From Myxococcota bacterium (GTDB taxonomy: Bacteria > Myxococcota_A > UBA9160 > UBA6930): 55,055 nt of DNA. The notes under the pieces are model-generated. The model ran no database searches, was not told the origin of the DNA, and saw only the letters and a program-made list of their open reading frames with translations. Positions 13,707 through 22,674 of this stretch are shown in pieces; the stretch's first letter is position 1; each line of letters begins with the position of its first letter. The position numbers and the translations under genes are program-made. Where the stretch lies: contig JAHRAN010000056.1 of NCBI GenBank assembly GCA_020027245.1, positions 1 to 55,055 on the forward strand, in the 5' to 3' direction.

Positions 13707-14251
13707 AGCTCTACACGCGGCGCGGCGATGACGGCGAGACGGATCTTTTCGCCGGCGGTCGGGTGAAGAAGGATGCGCCGCGCATCGAAGCCATCGGCGC
13801 GGTTGACGAGTTGAACGCCGCGCTCGGGCTGGCGCTCGCCGCTTCGACGCAGAAGGATGTGGTGGCGCTCGGTCAAAAGCTCCAGAGCACGCTCTTTGAT
13901 CTCGGCGCCGCGCTGGCGACGCCGGACGAAGCGCGGCGCGCGCGAGAGGGTGCGTCGCGGGCCCGCGATGTTTCGGCGCTCGAAGCGGCGATAGACACCT
14001 TCGACGCCGCGCTGCCTCCGCTGCGCCGCTTCATCCTGCCGGGCGGCAGCGCCGCCGCTGCAGCTTTCCACTTTGCGCGCACCGTGTGCCGCCGCGCCGA
14101 GCGTCGCTGCGTGCGTTTGCAAGAACTCGAAGCGCGCGACGCCGCGCCGCTGCGCTACCTGAACCGGCTCTCGGATCTGCTCTTCGTGCTCGCCCGCGTC
14201 GAAAATCAACGCGCCGGTATTCCCGATGTGGAGTGGCAGAGCCACGACTGA
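13703..14251 (+). CDS. ATP:cob(I)alamin adenosyltransferase, PduO type
   Basis: MKLYTRRGDDGETDLFAGGRV.KD..RIEA.GAVDELNA and LPGGS...A.H.ART.CRRAER are PduO-family signatures. The GTG start overlaps the upstream stop. Confidence 0.9.
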   Translation: MKLYTRRGDDGETDLFAGGRVKKDAPRIEAIGAVDELNAALGLALAASTQKDVVALGQKLQSTLFDLGAALATPDEARRAREGASRARDVSALEAAIDTFDAALPPLRRFILPGGSAAAAAFHFARTVCRRAERRCVRLQELEARDAAPLRYLNRLSDLLFVLARVENQRAGIPDVEWQSHD

Positions 14252-14288
14252 AGCGGCCCCCGGGGTGCGTAGCACCCCGCGGCCGCCA

Positions 14289-14448
14289 CCCTCGCCCGGC
14301 GACGGGCTACAAGGCCCGTCGCCTCCCTCTCCCTTACAGGGAGAGGGGTTAAGAAAAGACCAACCGCCGCCTCATTAAAGTTCGGGTTCGGTTCCCTCTC
14401 TTTTCCGGTTCCCCTCTCCCCCCGGAGAGGGGTTAGGGGTGAGGGTTC
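14289..14448. repeat. Cluster of family A repeat modules
   Basis: ggcgacgggc-tacaa-gcccgtcgcc, tccctctccc-ttaca-gggagagggg, then ttcggttccctctc...cccctctcccc-ccg-gagaggggttaggggtgagggttcc. The last module resembles 46893-46945. Confidence 0.75.
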
Positions 14449-14449
14449 C

Positions 14450-15439
14450 TCATTTCTGATGTGGCGTCGCTCCGGTCAGGGCGGATTCGATGCGGGCGGA
14501 GAGTTCTTCGAGGAGCTGCATCCCCGCTGCATCGGGCTTTGCATCGAGGCGCTTCTGGATGGCGTCCACTCCTCCCTGGCTTTCGAGGCCGAAGCTGCCG
14601 AAGCGGCGTTCGAGGGTGTCGCGCACGAAGCGGTCGCGGCCCCGGCGACGGCGGCGCGCGTGCTCACCCGATTCGAGTAGCCAACTGTTGTGGGCGGCGA
14701 GCGCTTGCACGAGTTCGTCCACGCCGATGTCGTCGCGTGCGGAAACGCGCAGCACCGGGCGCTCCCAACCGTCCCCGCTGTGCTCGCCGAGCGCCAGGCC
14801 GGCCTTGAGTTCGCGCACCGCGCGCGCGGCGAGGGCTTCCTGCTCGGCCTTGTTCACGACCAGCAGGTCGGGCCATTCGAGCACGCCGGCCTTCATGAAC
14901 TGAATCAGGTCGCCGCTGTCCGGCTGCGCGACGAACACCAGCGTATCCACCAGATCCGCCACCTCGGCCTCGCTCTGTCCGACGCCGACGGTTTCGACGA
15001 ACACGCAGTCGAAGGCTGCTGCCAGCACCAGCACCGCGCCCCGCGCGCCCTCCGCGAGACCGCCGAGATGCTCGCGGCTGGCCATGGAGCGCAGGAACAC
15101 GCCGGGGTCGCCGGCGCCCGAGCGCAGACGCAAGCGGTCGCCGAGCAGCGCGCCGCCGGTGCGCCGGCTCGATGGATCCACCGCAAGCACGCCGACGCTT
15201 TCGCCCCCGGCGCGCACGCGGCGCAACACGGTGTCGAGCAGTGTGGACTTGCCGACGCCCGGCGCGCCGGTGAAGCCGATGCGCCGCGCCGGCTTGACCT
15301 GCGCTTCGAGTCGGGTCAGCAAGTGGCAGGCGGCCTGGCGGCTTTGCGGACGCCGGTCGTCGAGCAGGTTCAACGCCGGGGCGACGGCTTCCCGCTTGCG
15401 CAGGGTGAGTTGCTGCGCCAGAGCAAAGCCGTCGGGCAT
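14450..15439 (-). CDS. meaB: Methylmalonyl-CoA mutase-associated G3E GTPase (MeaB/ArgK)
   Basis: P-loop GAPGVGKSTLLD, the VETVGVGQSE switch and NKAE(D) motifs. It lies immediately downstream of the mutase. Confidence 0.9.
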   Translation of the reverse strand: MPDGFALAQQLTLRKREAVAPALNLLDDRRPQSRQAACHLLTRLEAQVKPARRIGFTGAPGVGKSTLLDTVLRRVRAGGESVGVLAVDPSSRRTGGALLGDRLRLRSGAGDPGVFLRSMASREHLGGLAEGARGAVLVLAAAFDCVFVETVGVGQSEAEVADLVDTLVFVAQPDSGDLIQFMKAGVLEWPDLLVVNKAEQEALAARAVRELKAGLALGEHSGDGWERPVLRVSARDDIGVDELVQALAAHNSWLLESGEHARRRRRGRDRFVRDTLERRFGSFGLESQGGVDAIQKRLDAKPDAAGMQLLEELSARIESALTGATPHQK

Positions 15440-15452
15440 GGCCTGTGCGGTG

Positions 15453-17450
15453 CTAGCCAGCGTGCGCCTCCTCGACCAGCGCGGTGATCTCTTCCATGAT
15501 CGCAGTCAGGTCGAAATCGCGCGGCGTATAAACCCGCGCAACGCCACGCGCTTGCAACGCCGCGGCGTCCTGCTCGGGAATGATGCCGCCGACCACGACC
15601 GGCAGCGAAAGCCCCGCGGCTTCGAGTTTTTCGATTACATCCGTCGCCAGCACCGCGTGCGAGCCGGACAGAATCGAAAGGCCGATCAGGTGCACGCCCT
15701 CGTCGCGCGCGCTCTGCACGATTTCGTCGGGCGTGAGGCGGATGCCCTCATAGACCACTTCCATGCCCAGATCGCGCGCGCGCACCGCAATTTGTTCGGC
15801 GCCGTTCGAGTGGCCGTCGAGGCCCGGTTTCCCGACCAGTATTTTGAGCGGGCGACCGATGCGCTCGCCCAGCGCCCGCACCCGCGCCCGCACTTTCGCG
15901 CTGCGCTCGTCCGCCAGCTCTGGTTTTCTCACGACGACTCCGGTGGGCGCGCGATATTCGCCAAAAACCGCGCGCAGTGTTCCCGCCCACTCACCCGTGG
16001 TGACGCCAGCCTGCGCCGCGCGGATCGAAGCGGGCATCACATTGTCGCCGTTTTTGAGCGCGTCGCGCAGCCCCAGCTCTGCGCTGCTGACCTCTTGCGG
16101 CGAGCGTGCGCTGCGAAACGCCTGAAGGCTTGCGATCTGCTCGCGCTCTGCCTCCGGGTCAACCTGCAGGATGTTCTCATAATCCGCTGCGTCGAGCGGC
16201 GAGGCTTCGCTCTCCTGCCAGGCGTTCACGCCGACCACGGTCTGCTCGCCGCTCTCGATGGCGCTGATGCGCTCCGACTGACTCTCGACCAGCCCTTGCT
16301 TCATGTAGCCGCTCTCGGTGGCGCTGATGGCGCCGCCCATCTCGAGCACGCGCGCGAGTTCCGCCTCGGCGCAGCGCAGCAGTTCAGCGACGCGCGCCTC
16401 CACCACCTTCGAGCCGTCGAAGAGATCCGGATATTCGAGCAGGTCCGTCTCATAGGCCAGCACCTGTTGAATGCGCAGCGACCACTGCTGATCCCAGGGG
16501 CGCGGCAGGCCGAGCGCCTCGTTCCAGGCGGGCAACTGAAGGGCGCGACAGCGCGCGCGCTTCGAGAGCGTGACGCCGAGCGCTTCGAGCACAATGCGGA
16601 TGACATTGTTCTCGGGCTGCGCTTCGGTCAGGCCGAGCGAGTTCACCTGCACGCCGTAGCGGAAGCGCAGCAGCTTTTCGTCGCTGACCCCGTAGCGCTC
16701 GCGGCCGATTTTCTCCCACAGCGCGCTCATCGCGCGGCCCTTGCAGATCTCTTCGATGAAGCGGATGCCCGCGTTCAGGAAGAACGAGATGCGGCCGAAC
16801 ACGCGCGGCAGCGCATCCGGCGCAAGGTCGCCACGCGCCTTCACGGTGTCGAGCACCGCGATGGCGTTGGCCAAGGCGTAGGCGATTTCCTGCACCGGCG
16901 TAGCGCCGGCTTCCTGAAGGTGGTAGCTGCAGATGTTGATCGGGTTCCACTTTGGAATTTCGTCGAGGGTCCAGGCCACCATGTCGCCGATCAGCCGCAG
17001 CGAGGGCTCCGGCGGAAAGACATAAGTGCCGCGCGACAGGTACTCCTTGATGATGTCGTTCTGCGTCGTGCCCGAGAGCGCACTTCGCTGTACACCCCGG
17101 CGTTCCGCCAGCGCCGCGTACAATGCGAGCAGCCAGGCGGCGGTGGCGTTGATGGTCATCGAGGTGTTCATCCGCTCGAGCGGAATCTCCTCGAAGAGCT
17201 TTTGCATGTCCCCGATGTGCCCGATCGGCACGCCGACCTTGCCGACCTCGCCCCGCGCCAGCGGGTGGTCGGCGTCGTAGCCGGTCTGCGTCGGCAGATC
17301 GAAGGCGATGGACAAGCCCGTCTGCCCCTTCGCCAGGTTGCGGCGATAGAGCGCGTTCGAGGCGGCGGCCGATGTGTGCCCCGAATAGGTGCGAAAGACC
17401 CAGGGCTGGTCTTTCGCCCGCGCTTCGCCTGCAGCGCCTGTTGCCGCCAT
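15453..17450 (-). CDS. B12-dependent acyl-CoA mutase, fused catalytic + B12-binding domains (Ecm/MeaA-like)
   Basis: Motifs seen: PWVFRTYSGHT, GQTGLSIAFDLPTQTGYD, SYHLQEAGATP, LPAWNEALGLPRPWDQQWSLR. The C-terminal GKPGLDGHSNG is the DxHxxG-type B12 site. GGGAGG lies 6 nt upstream of the ATG. The subfamily call is from memory of signatures only. Confidence 0.85.
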   Translation of the reverse strand: MAATGAAGEARAKDQPWVFRTYSGHTSAAASNALYRRNLAKGQTGLSIAFDLPTQTGYDADHPLARGEVGKVGVPIGHIGDMQKLFEEIPLERMNTSMTINATAAWLLALYAALAERRGVQRSALSGTTQNDIIKEYLSRGTYVFPPEPSLRLIGDMVAWTLDEIPKWNPINICSYHLQEAGATPVQEIAYALANAIAVLDTVKARGDLAPDALPRVFGRISFFLNAGIRFIEEICKGRAMSALWEKIGRERYGVSDEKLLRFRYGVQVNSLGLTEAQPENNVIRIVLEALGVTLSKRARCRALQLPAWNEALGLPRPWDQQWSLRIQQVLAYETDLLEYPDLFDGSKVVEARVAELLRCAEAELARVLEMGGAISATESGYMKQGLVESQSERISAIESGEQTVVGVNAWQESEASPLDAADYENILQVDPEAEREQIASLQAFRSARSPQEVSSAELGLRDALKNGDNVMPASIRAAQAGVTTGEWAGTLRAVFGEYRAPTGVVVRKPELADERSAKVRARVRALGERIGRPLKILVGKPGLDGHSNGAEQIAVRARDLGMEVVYEGIRLTPDEIVQSARDEGVHLIGLSILSGSHAVLATDVIEKLEAAGLSLPVVVGGIIPEQDAAALQARGVARVYTPRDFDLTAIMEEITALVEEAHAG

Positions 17451-17607
17451 CCGATACCTCCCGGTTTCGAGCAGATAGCTTAGTGCATGAAGGTTACTTG
17501 CTCCAGACTCATACCGCGAGTATTATAACCGAGAGCGCCTTGGCAATAGTGGGCTCTTGCAGATCCGCGAGCACGGCCGCGGACAGAAGATTGAAAGGAA
17601 TTGCACC

Positions 17608-18228
17608 ATGCGAGTCAAATTCTTGCTTGTCGCGGTAGCGTGTGGCTTGAGCATCAATTGCGCGGCTGGTGGCCAAGTTGGGAGTACTACCGAGCGCCTT
17701 GAACGGGAGTTGAGGAGTATTCCTGTGAGCGAGTACAAGAAGAACCTTGTCAGGTACAAGAAGTTGCTGCGCATGCATCCGGAGAACAAAAGGTATCAAA
17801 ACAAAGTAGCATTCTATGCGGACAAAATTGTTAACTGTGGTGGTTGTGATAGAGAAGTCGATCCGATTTTGGCGGCATGGAACGATGAAGATGCCCTGGA
17901 AGATCTTGTAAATCAGTGGGGAATGCGAGAGATGAGTAGCGCGAAGCTCAAAAATATTTGCAAGCGGATTGGAAGAGCGAGACTGAACAAGTACAGGTGG
18001 GCTGTGAATTCATTCACTCGAGAAGATATAGTTTCTCGGTCTCAATGCCATCGAGAAGACTCTTGCTCTCGTTGTGTGATGGTACCGGCTCGGTGTTATC
18101 AAGATGTCCGTTGCTCGATAGTCCCGACGAAACAAGTACAGCGATCGCTGTCCGGTCCAAGTGTTAGCTTGCTTCCAGTTAATCGGTTCACTATGGGGTA
18201 TATTTGTTACGGCCAGCACAGGATTTGA
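17608..18228 (+). CDS. Orphan secreted/lipoprotein-like Cys-rich protein in an AT-rich islet
   Basis: ATG 17608 is preceded by aaaggaa. Signal peptide MRVKFLLVAVACGLSINCAAG. 12 Cys follow the signal. About 44 % G+C in two hand-counted 60-nt lines. I recognise no family. Confidence 0.5.
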   Translation: MRVKFLLVAVACGLSINCAAGGQVGSTTERLERELRSIPVSEYKKNLVRYKKLLRMHPENKRYQNKVAFYADKIVNCGGCDREVDPILAAWNDEDALEDLVNQWGMREMSSAKLKNICKRIGRARLNKYRWAVNSFTREDIVSRSQCHREDSCSRCVMVPARCYQDVRCSIVPTKQVQRSLSGPSVSLLPVNRFTMGYICYGQHRI

Positions 18229-18323
18229 AGTGCTTCTGTGTGATCAGATCAAAAATTTCTACAACCGGTCGCGCACGAGTGTTGTAGTTCGTTTTCACCG
18301 GATAACTGGCTATAGGTCGTAAG

Positions 18324-19184
18324 ATGTTGCAGCGGCTTGACCACTTGCTGGTGGCGGTGTCGGATCTCGACGCCGCGGCGGATGCGTATGCGCGGTTGTT
18401 TGGTCGGCGGCCCGCGTGGCGGGGTGAGCATCCGGCCACGGGGACGCAGAGCGCGCTGTTCCGCCTCGAAAACAGCAGCCTCGCGCTGCTCGCGCCGGGG
18501 CCCGGTGAGGCGCACCCGCTCCGCTCGGCGATCAAAGCGCGCGGTGATGGCCCCTTCGGCCTGCTCTTCGGTGTGGACGATGCGGCGGCCTGCGCGCGCG
18601 CGCTCAAAGAAAAGGGGCTGGCGGTGACGGCGCCGCAGACCGGGCTCGGGCGCGATGTCGAGAGCGGCGCCTTTCGCGAGTGGACGGGCTTTGCGCTGCC
18701 GCTCGAAGCGACGCGCGCGGTGCCGCTCTTTGTGGTCGAGCACCAGACGCCCGCTGCGCTGCTGCCGCCCGCCGCCGCGCTCGCCGACGAGACCGCAACC
18801 GTCGCCGCGCTCGATCACGTGGTGCTGCGCACCCGCAACCCCGCCGCCACGCGCGCGCTCTACCGGGACGCCCTCGGCCTGCGCCTTGCGCTCGAACGCG
18901 CGGCGCCCGAGTGGAAGAGTCAGATGCTTTTCTTCCGCGTCGGCGGGGTGACGCTCGAAGTGGTGGCGCCCTTCGGCGTGGCTGATGCGGAGGCCACGCG
19001 CGATGAACTCTGGGGCGCGGCCTGGCGGGTGGCCGATGCCGGGGCCGCCCACGCGCGCTGCAGCGAGGCCGGCATCCCGGTTTCGGCGTTACGCCCCGGT
19101 CGCAAGCCGGGCACCCGCGTCTTCAGCGTGCGGGATGGAACCTGCGGCGTGCCGACCCTCGTCATCGAAACAGCAAAGCGCTAA
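18324..19184 (+). CDS. Two-module VOC (glyoxalase/bleomycin resistance/dioxygenase) family protein
   Basis: LDHLLVAVSDLDAAADAYARLFG at the N-terminus and a second LDHVVLRTRNPAATRALYRDALGL module. Confidence 0.75.
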   Translation: MLQRLDHLLVAVSDLDAAADAYARLFGRRPAWRGEHPATGTQSALFRLENSSLALLAPGPGEAHPLRSAIKARGDGPFGLLFGVDDAAACARALKEKGLAVTAPQTGLGRDVESGAFREWTGFALPLEATRAVPLFVVEHQTPAALLPPAAALADETATVAALDHVVLRTRNPAATRALYRDALGLRLALERAAPEWKSQMLFFRVGGVTLEVVAPFGVADAEATRDELWGAAWRVADAGAAHARCSEAGIPVSALRPGRKPGTRVFSVRDGTCGVPTLVIETAKR

Positions 19185-19220
19185 GCTGTCATCACATCGG
19201 CGCGCGCCCGGAGGGTGCAG

Positions 19221-20201
19221 ATGACCGTCAACCTCGAAAGCCCCGAAGCCTTGTTCCCGCGTGATCTCGAGGCGGAGATTCTGCGCCTCAAAGAAGAGCG
19301 CTCTGCGGTTCTGCTCGCCCACTACTATCAGGAGGACGAGGTTCAGGAGCTGGCGGACTTCGTTGGCGATTCGCTGGCGCTCGCGCAGCACGCGAAAAAT
19401 GTCGAGCGCGATGTGATCGTGTTCTGCGGCGTTCACTTCATGGCCGAGACGGCGAAGATTCTGAACCCGGAGCGTCGCGTCGTGGTGCCCGACCTCGATG
19501 CGGGTTGCTCGCTGGCGGACGGTTGCCCGCCCGATGCGTTCCAACAGTTCAAGGATGAACACCCGGGCGCGAAGGTGCTGACCTACATCAACTGCTCCGC
19601 CGAAGTGAAGGCGCTCTCCGATTTGATCTGCACTTCCTCGAACGCGGTGGCGATGGCGCAGGAGTTTCAGGGCGAGCCGCTGATTCTGGCGCCGGATCGT
19701 CATCTGGCGCGCTGGATTGCGCAGCAACTCGGGCGCGACGATTTGATCGTGTGGCCGGGCTCTTGCATCGTGCACGAACAATTCAGCGCCCGTGAGCTTT
19801 CGAAGCTGCGGGTGCGGCGCCGGGACGCCGAAGTGCTGGCGCATCCCGAGTGCGACGCCGCCGTTCTTGAGCAGGCGGATTTTATTGGCTCGACCTCTAA
19901 AATTATTGCGCGCTCAGTAGAAAGTTCAGCCGATACTTTGATCATCGCCACCGAGGATGGCGTGTTCCATCAGATCGAAAAGCAGTTGGCGAGGGCGGGA
20001 AAGCGCAAGGAGCTGCTTCAGGCGCCCGGCATGGACGAGAGTTGCGCCTGCAACCGCTGCCCTTACATGCGGCTCAACACCCTCGAAAAACTCTACCTGT
20101 GTCTGCGCGATCTGGAACCCGAGGTCACGGTGCCGGAGCCGATTCGTCTGCGCGCGCTGCAGCCCATCGAGAGGATGCTGGCGCTCTCAGGCCCGGTTTG
20201 A
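19221..20201 (+). CDS. nadA: Quinolinate synthase
   Basis: LLAHYYQ..EVQ..ADFVGDSL.LA, VFCGVHFMAETAKIL, and the CxxC..MR Fe-S ligands near the C-terminus. Confidence 0.92.
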   Translation: MTVNLESPEALFPRDLEAEILRLKEERSAVLLAHYYQEDEVQELADFVGDSLALAQHAKNVERDVIVFCGVHFMAETAKILNPERRVVVPDLDAGCSLADGCPPDAFQQFKDEHPGAKVLTYINCSAEVKALSDLICTSSNAVAMAQEFQGEPLILAPDRHLARWIAQQLGRDDLIVWPGSCIVHEQFSARELSKLRVRRRDAEVLAHPECDAAVLEQADFIGSTSKIIARSVESSADTLIIATEDGVFHQIEKQLARAGKRKELLQAPGMDESCACNRCPYMRLNTLEKLYLCLRDLEPEVTVPEPIRLRALQPIERMLALSGPV

Positions 20202-20205
20202 CTTT

Positions 20206-20424
20206 TTATTCGTAGAGTTTGATCACGCGCAGCGCGCCCTTTGGCGCGGCCTCGATGCAGAGATCGCAGAGCACGCACTCGTCGAGGTTGTCCTCGATAA
20301 TTTCGAGTTTTCCATTGCGCAGCGCGAAAATGTCCACGGCGCAGACCTCGCTCAGTTTCTGTGCGAGCTCCGCGTCGCTGGCGACGGCCTCGTCCACTTC
20401 GATATCAATGAAGATGCCCGGCAT
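20206..20424 (-). CDS. 72-aa ferredoxin-like protein (single Fe-S cluster motif)
   Basis: CAVDIF plus CVLCDLCIEAAP gives C-x21-C-x2-C-x2-C, the pattern of a half-ferredoxin. Its ATG overlaps the stop of the upstream CoA-ligase alpha gene (ATGA). Confidence 0.55.
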   Translation of the reverse strand: MPGIFIDIEVDEAVASDAELAQKLSEVCAVDIFALRNGKLEIIEDNLDECVLCDLCIEAAPKGALRVIKLYE

Positions 20425-21344
20425 CAGAGCGCAACTCCCTGCTCGGCGAGCTGGCGGCGCAGCAGCACGGGAATTTCCTCGATGCGCTCGACCACCGAGA
20501 TGCCGGCATCCTCCATGCGCGCGATTTTCTCGGCGCTGCTGTCCTCTTTTCCCTCGACGATGGTTCCCGCGTGGCCGAAGCGCATGCCCTTCATCTCGTC
20601 CATGAAGCGGCCAGCCATGAAGGCGACGACCGGCAGCCGCGTGTTGTTCGCCCGCACCCACTCGGAGAACTCGGCTTCCATGCGCCCGCCCGGCTCCGTG
20701 TAGATGGCGATGGCCTTTGTAGCCGGGTCGGCCTCGAAGAGCGGCATCAACTCGGCATACGTCGTGCCGACGATGGCGTCGCCGCCGATGGAGACGCAGG
20801 TGGACTGACCGAGGCCGCTGGCCGTCAGCGTCGAGGCGATTTCGGTGGTCATGCCGCCCGAGCGCGACATCAAACCCACGGGGCCCGGCATGTAGGCTTG
20901 CCTCGTGTTTTCGGCGGGGCCGCCCAGGCCGCCGAGCTTCGCCTCGCCCGGCGAGATGACGCCGAGGCAGTTGGGGCCGATGATGCGCGCGCCGCGCAAG
21001 CCGGCGAGTTCGACCATCTGCGCGACCTGCCGGCGCGGAATGTTCTCGGTGACGACGACCACGAGGCGGATGCCGTTTTCGAGCGCTTCGAACACGGCGT
21101 CGCGCGTGAAGCGGGGCGGCACCGAGACGATCGAGGCATCGGGTTGCCCCTGCGCGCGGATCAGGTCGCGCACGCAGTCGTACACCGGCACGCCATAGAC
21201 ATCGCGTCCGAAGCGCCCCGGCGTCACGCCGCCGGTAATTTTCAAGCCGCCGTAATTGAGGTTTTCGCGCGTCAGGTTCACGGCCTCGCGTCCGGTAATG
21301 CCCTGCACGATGCAGGTGGTGTCACGGCTTATCAGAATCGGCAT
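20424..21344 (-). CDS. ADP-forming acyl-CoA ligase alpha subunit (succinyl-CoA synthetase / malate thiokinase family)
   Basis: CoA-binding N-terminus IVQGITGREA. Phosphohistidine loop MRFGHAGTIVEG. The ATG at 21344 overlaps the stop of the beta gene. Confidence 0.85.
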   Translation of the reverse strand: MPILISRDTTCIVQGITGREAVNLTRENLNYGGLKITGGVTPGRFGRDVYGVPVYDCVRDLIRAQGQPDASIVSVPPRFTRDAVFEALENGIRLVVVVTENIPRRQVAQMVELAGLRGARIIGPNCLGVISPGEAKLGGLGGPAENTRQAYMPGPVGLMSRSGGMTTEIASTLTASGLGQSTCVSIGGDAIVGTTYAELMPLFEADPATKAIAIYTEPGGRMEAEFSEWVRANNTRLPVVAFMAGRFMDEMKGMRFGHAGTIVEGKEDSSAEKIARMEDAGISVVERIEEIPVLLRRQLAEQGVAL

Positions 21345-22549
21345 CAGCCGGCCCCGAGTTTTGCGACGGCGCGGCCCGCTGCATCGAACATCGAAACGCT
21401 GCGGTCGCAGTACGCGACGCCGTAGTGTTCGAGGATTTTGAAACCCTCGCCCTCCCATGAACCCGGGATGCGGAACACGGCGATGGCTTCCGAGGGGTTA
21501 ACGCCCGCGCGCAGGCAGCCCTTGATCACGCCGCGCGCCACGATGTCCACCCGCGTATTCGAAACCACATTCATCATCACCGCGATTTTTTCGACGCCCG
21601 GTTTCGAGAGGATCAACTCGGTGAGGTTTGCGGTTTTGGCGACGGAGGGGTTGCCTCCGATCTCGCAGTAGTTGGCGGGGCGGCCGCCCTGGCGGCGGAT
21701 GGCGTCGAAGAGCGTCAGCGAGCCGCCGCCGGCGCCGATGACCAGGCCGAGGTCACCATCGAACTCGACCACATTGCCGGCGACGCCACGGTGATCAATG
21801 GCGTTGCGGCGCGCGCCCTCGATTTCAAACGCGGTCGGCGGGCGCGCCAGCCGCGTTTCGGAGCTATCGATGCCGAGTTCGTCGAGCAGCGCCGCGTGCT
21901 CGCTCCGCGCCTCGGCCTCCATGTCCAAGTGGCCGTCGAGCACGATGAAGCGCCCGTCCTCGAGCCGCGCCAGCGGGTTGATCTCCGCGAGCGTCAGGTC
22001 GTAGCGCAAAAAAATCAGCAGCAGGCGGTGGACGATGGGGGTGAGCCGGTTCAGCGCCGCGCCGCTCACGCCCACCGCTGCGATGCCCTCCTTCGCAACG
22101 CGCTCTGTTACCGGCAGCAGCGACGAAAAGTGCGTGCGGGAGAGATGCTCCGGGTGCGACGCCGCCACTTCCTCGATGTCAATGCCGCCCATGTCGCTGA
22201 ACAGCAGCACGGGTCGCTTCGCGCGCCCGTCCCAGGTGACCGAGGCGAAGTACTCCTGCGCCACCCGGCTCTGCGCCTCGATGAGCACGGCGCGCGCGCG
22301 CTCGCCGTTCACGATAATCGGCAGCACCGCCTGATAGTGCGCGGCCGCCTCGTCGGGGGTGTCGGCGAAGCGCACCGCGCCCGCTTTCATCCGCCCACCG
22401 GAGAGCACCTGACTCTTCACCACCACCGGCCCGCCGATTTCGGCGGCAGCCGCGCGCGCCTCGTCGGCGGAGTTCACGACGCGGCGCGCGCCGAGCGGCA
22501 GGTCGTGACGCGCAAACAGCGCCTTCGCTTCATACTCGTAAAATCTCAA
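21344..22549 (-). CDS. ADP-forming acyl-CoA ligase beta subunit (ATP-grasp)
   Basis: (M)RFYEYEAKALFARH..P, PVVVKSQVLSGGR.KAG. A TTG at 22549 lies 8 nt after GGGAG. The alternative start is ATG 22588. Confidence 0.8.
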   Translation of the reverse strand: MRFYEYEAKALFARHDLPLGARRVVNSADEARAAAAEIGGPVVVKSQVLSGGRMKAGAVRFADTPDEAAAHYQAVLPIIVNGERARAVLIEAQSRVAQEYFASVTWDGRAKRPVLLFSDMGGIDIEEVAASHPEHLSRTHFSSLLPVTERVAKEGIAAVGVSGAALNRLTPIVHRLLLIFLRYDLTLAEINPLARLEDGRFIVLDGHLDMEAEARSEHAALLDELGIDSSETRLARPPTAFEIEGARRNAIDHRGVAGNVVEFDGDLGLVIGAGGGSLTLFDAIRRQGGRPANYCEIGGNPSVAKTANLTELILSKPGVEKIAVMMNVVSNTRVDIVARGVIKGCLRAGVNPSEAIAVFRIPGSWEGEGFKILEHYGVAYCDRSVSMFDAAGRAVAKLGAG

Positions 22550-22674
22550 GCGGCGGGCTCCCGGTGCGCGGACTCGTGCGGCGACCATACTTGCGCGCCG
22601 CCCCGGATGCAACGCCGCCCCGCGTGCTACGCTGCGCAGCCCCGGATCCACCGGTCTCGTTCACGGAGCATCAC

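Noticed and set aside
15084-17483. 799-aa plus-strand ORF across meaB and the mutase. Similar long shadow ORFs lie at 803-2290 (-), 42673-45105 (+) and 46691-49081 (-).
   Set aside because: All are antisense to genes with unambiguous family motifs. Their products are Arg/Ala-rich and span several unrelated genes on the other strand. I treat them as compositional artefacts.
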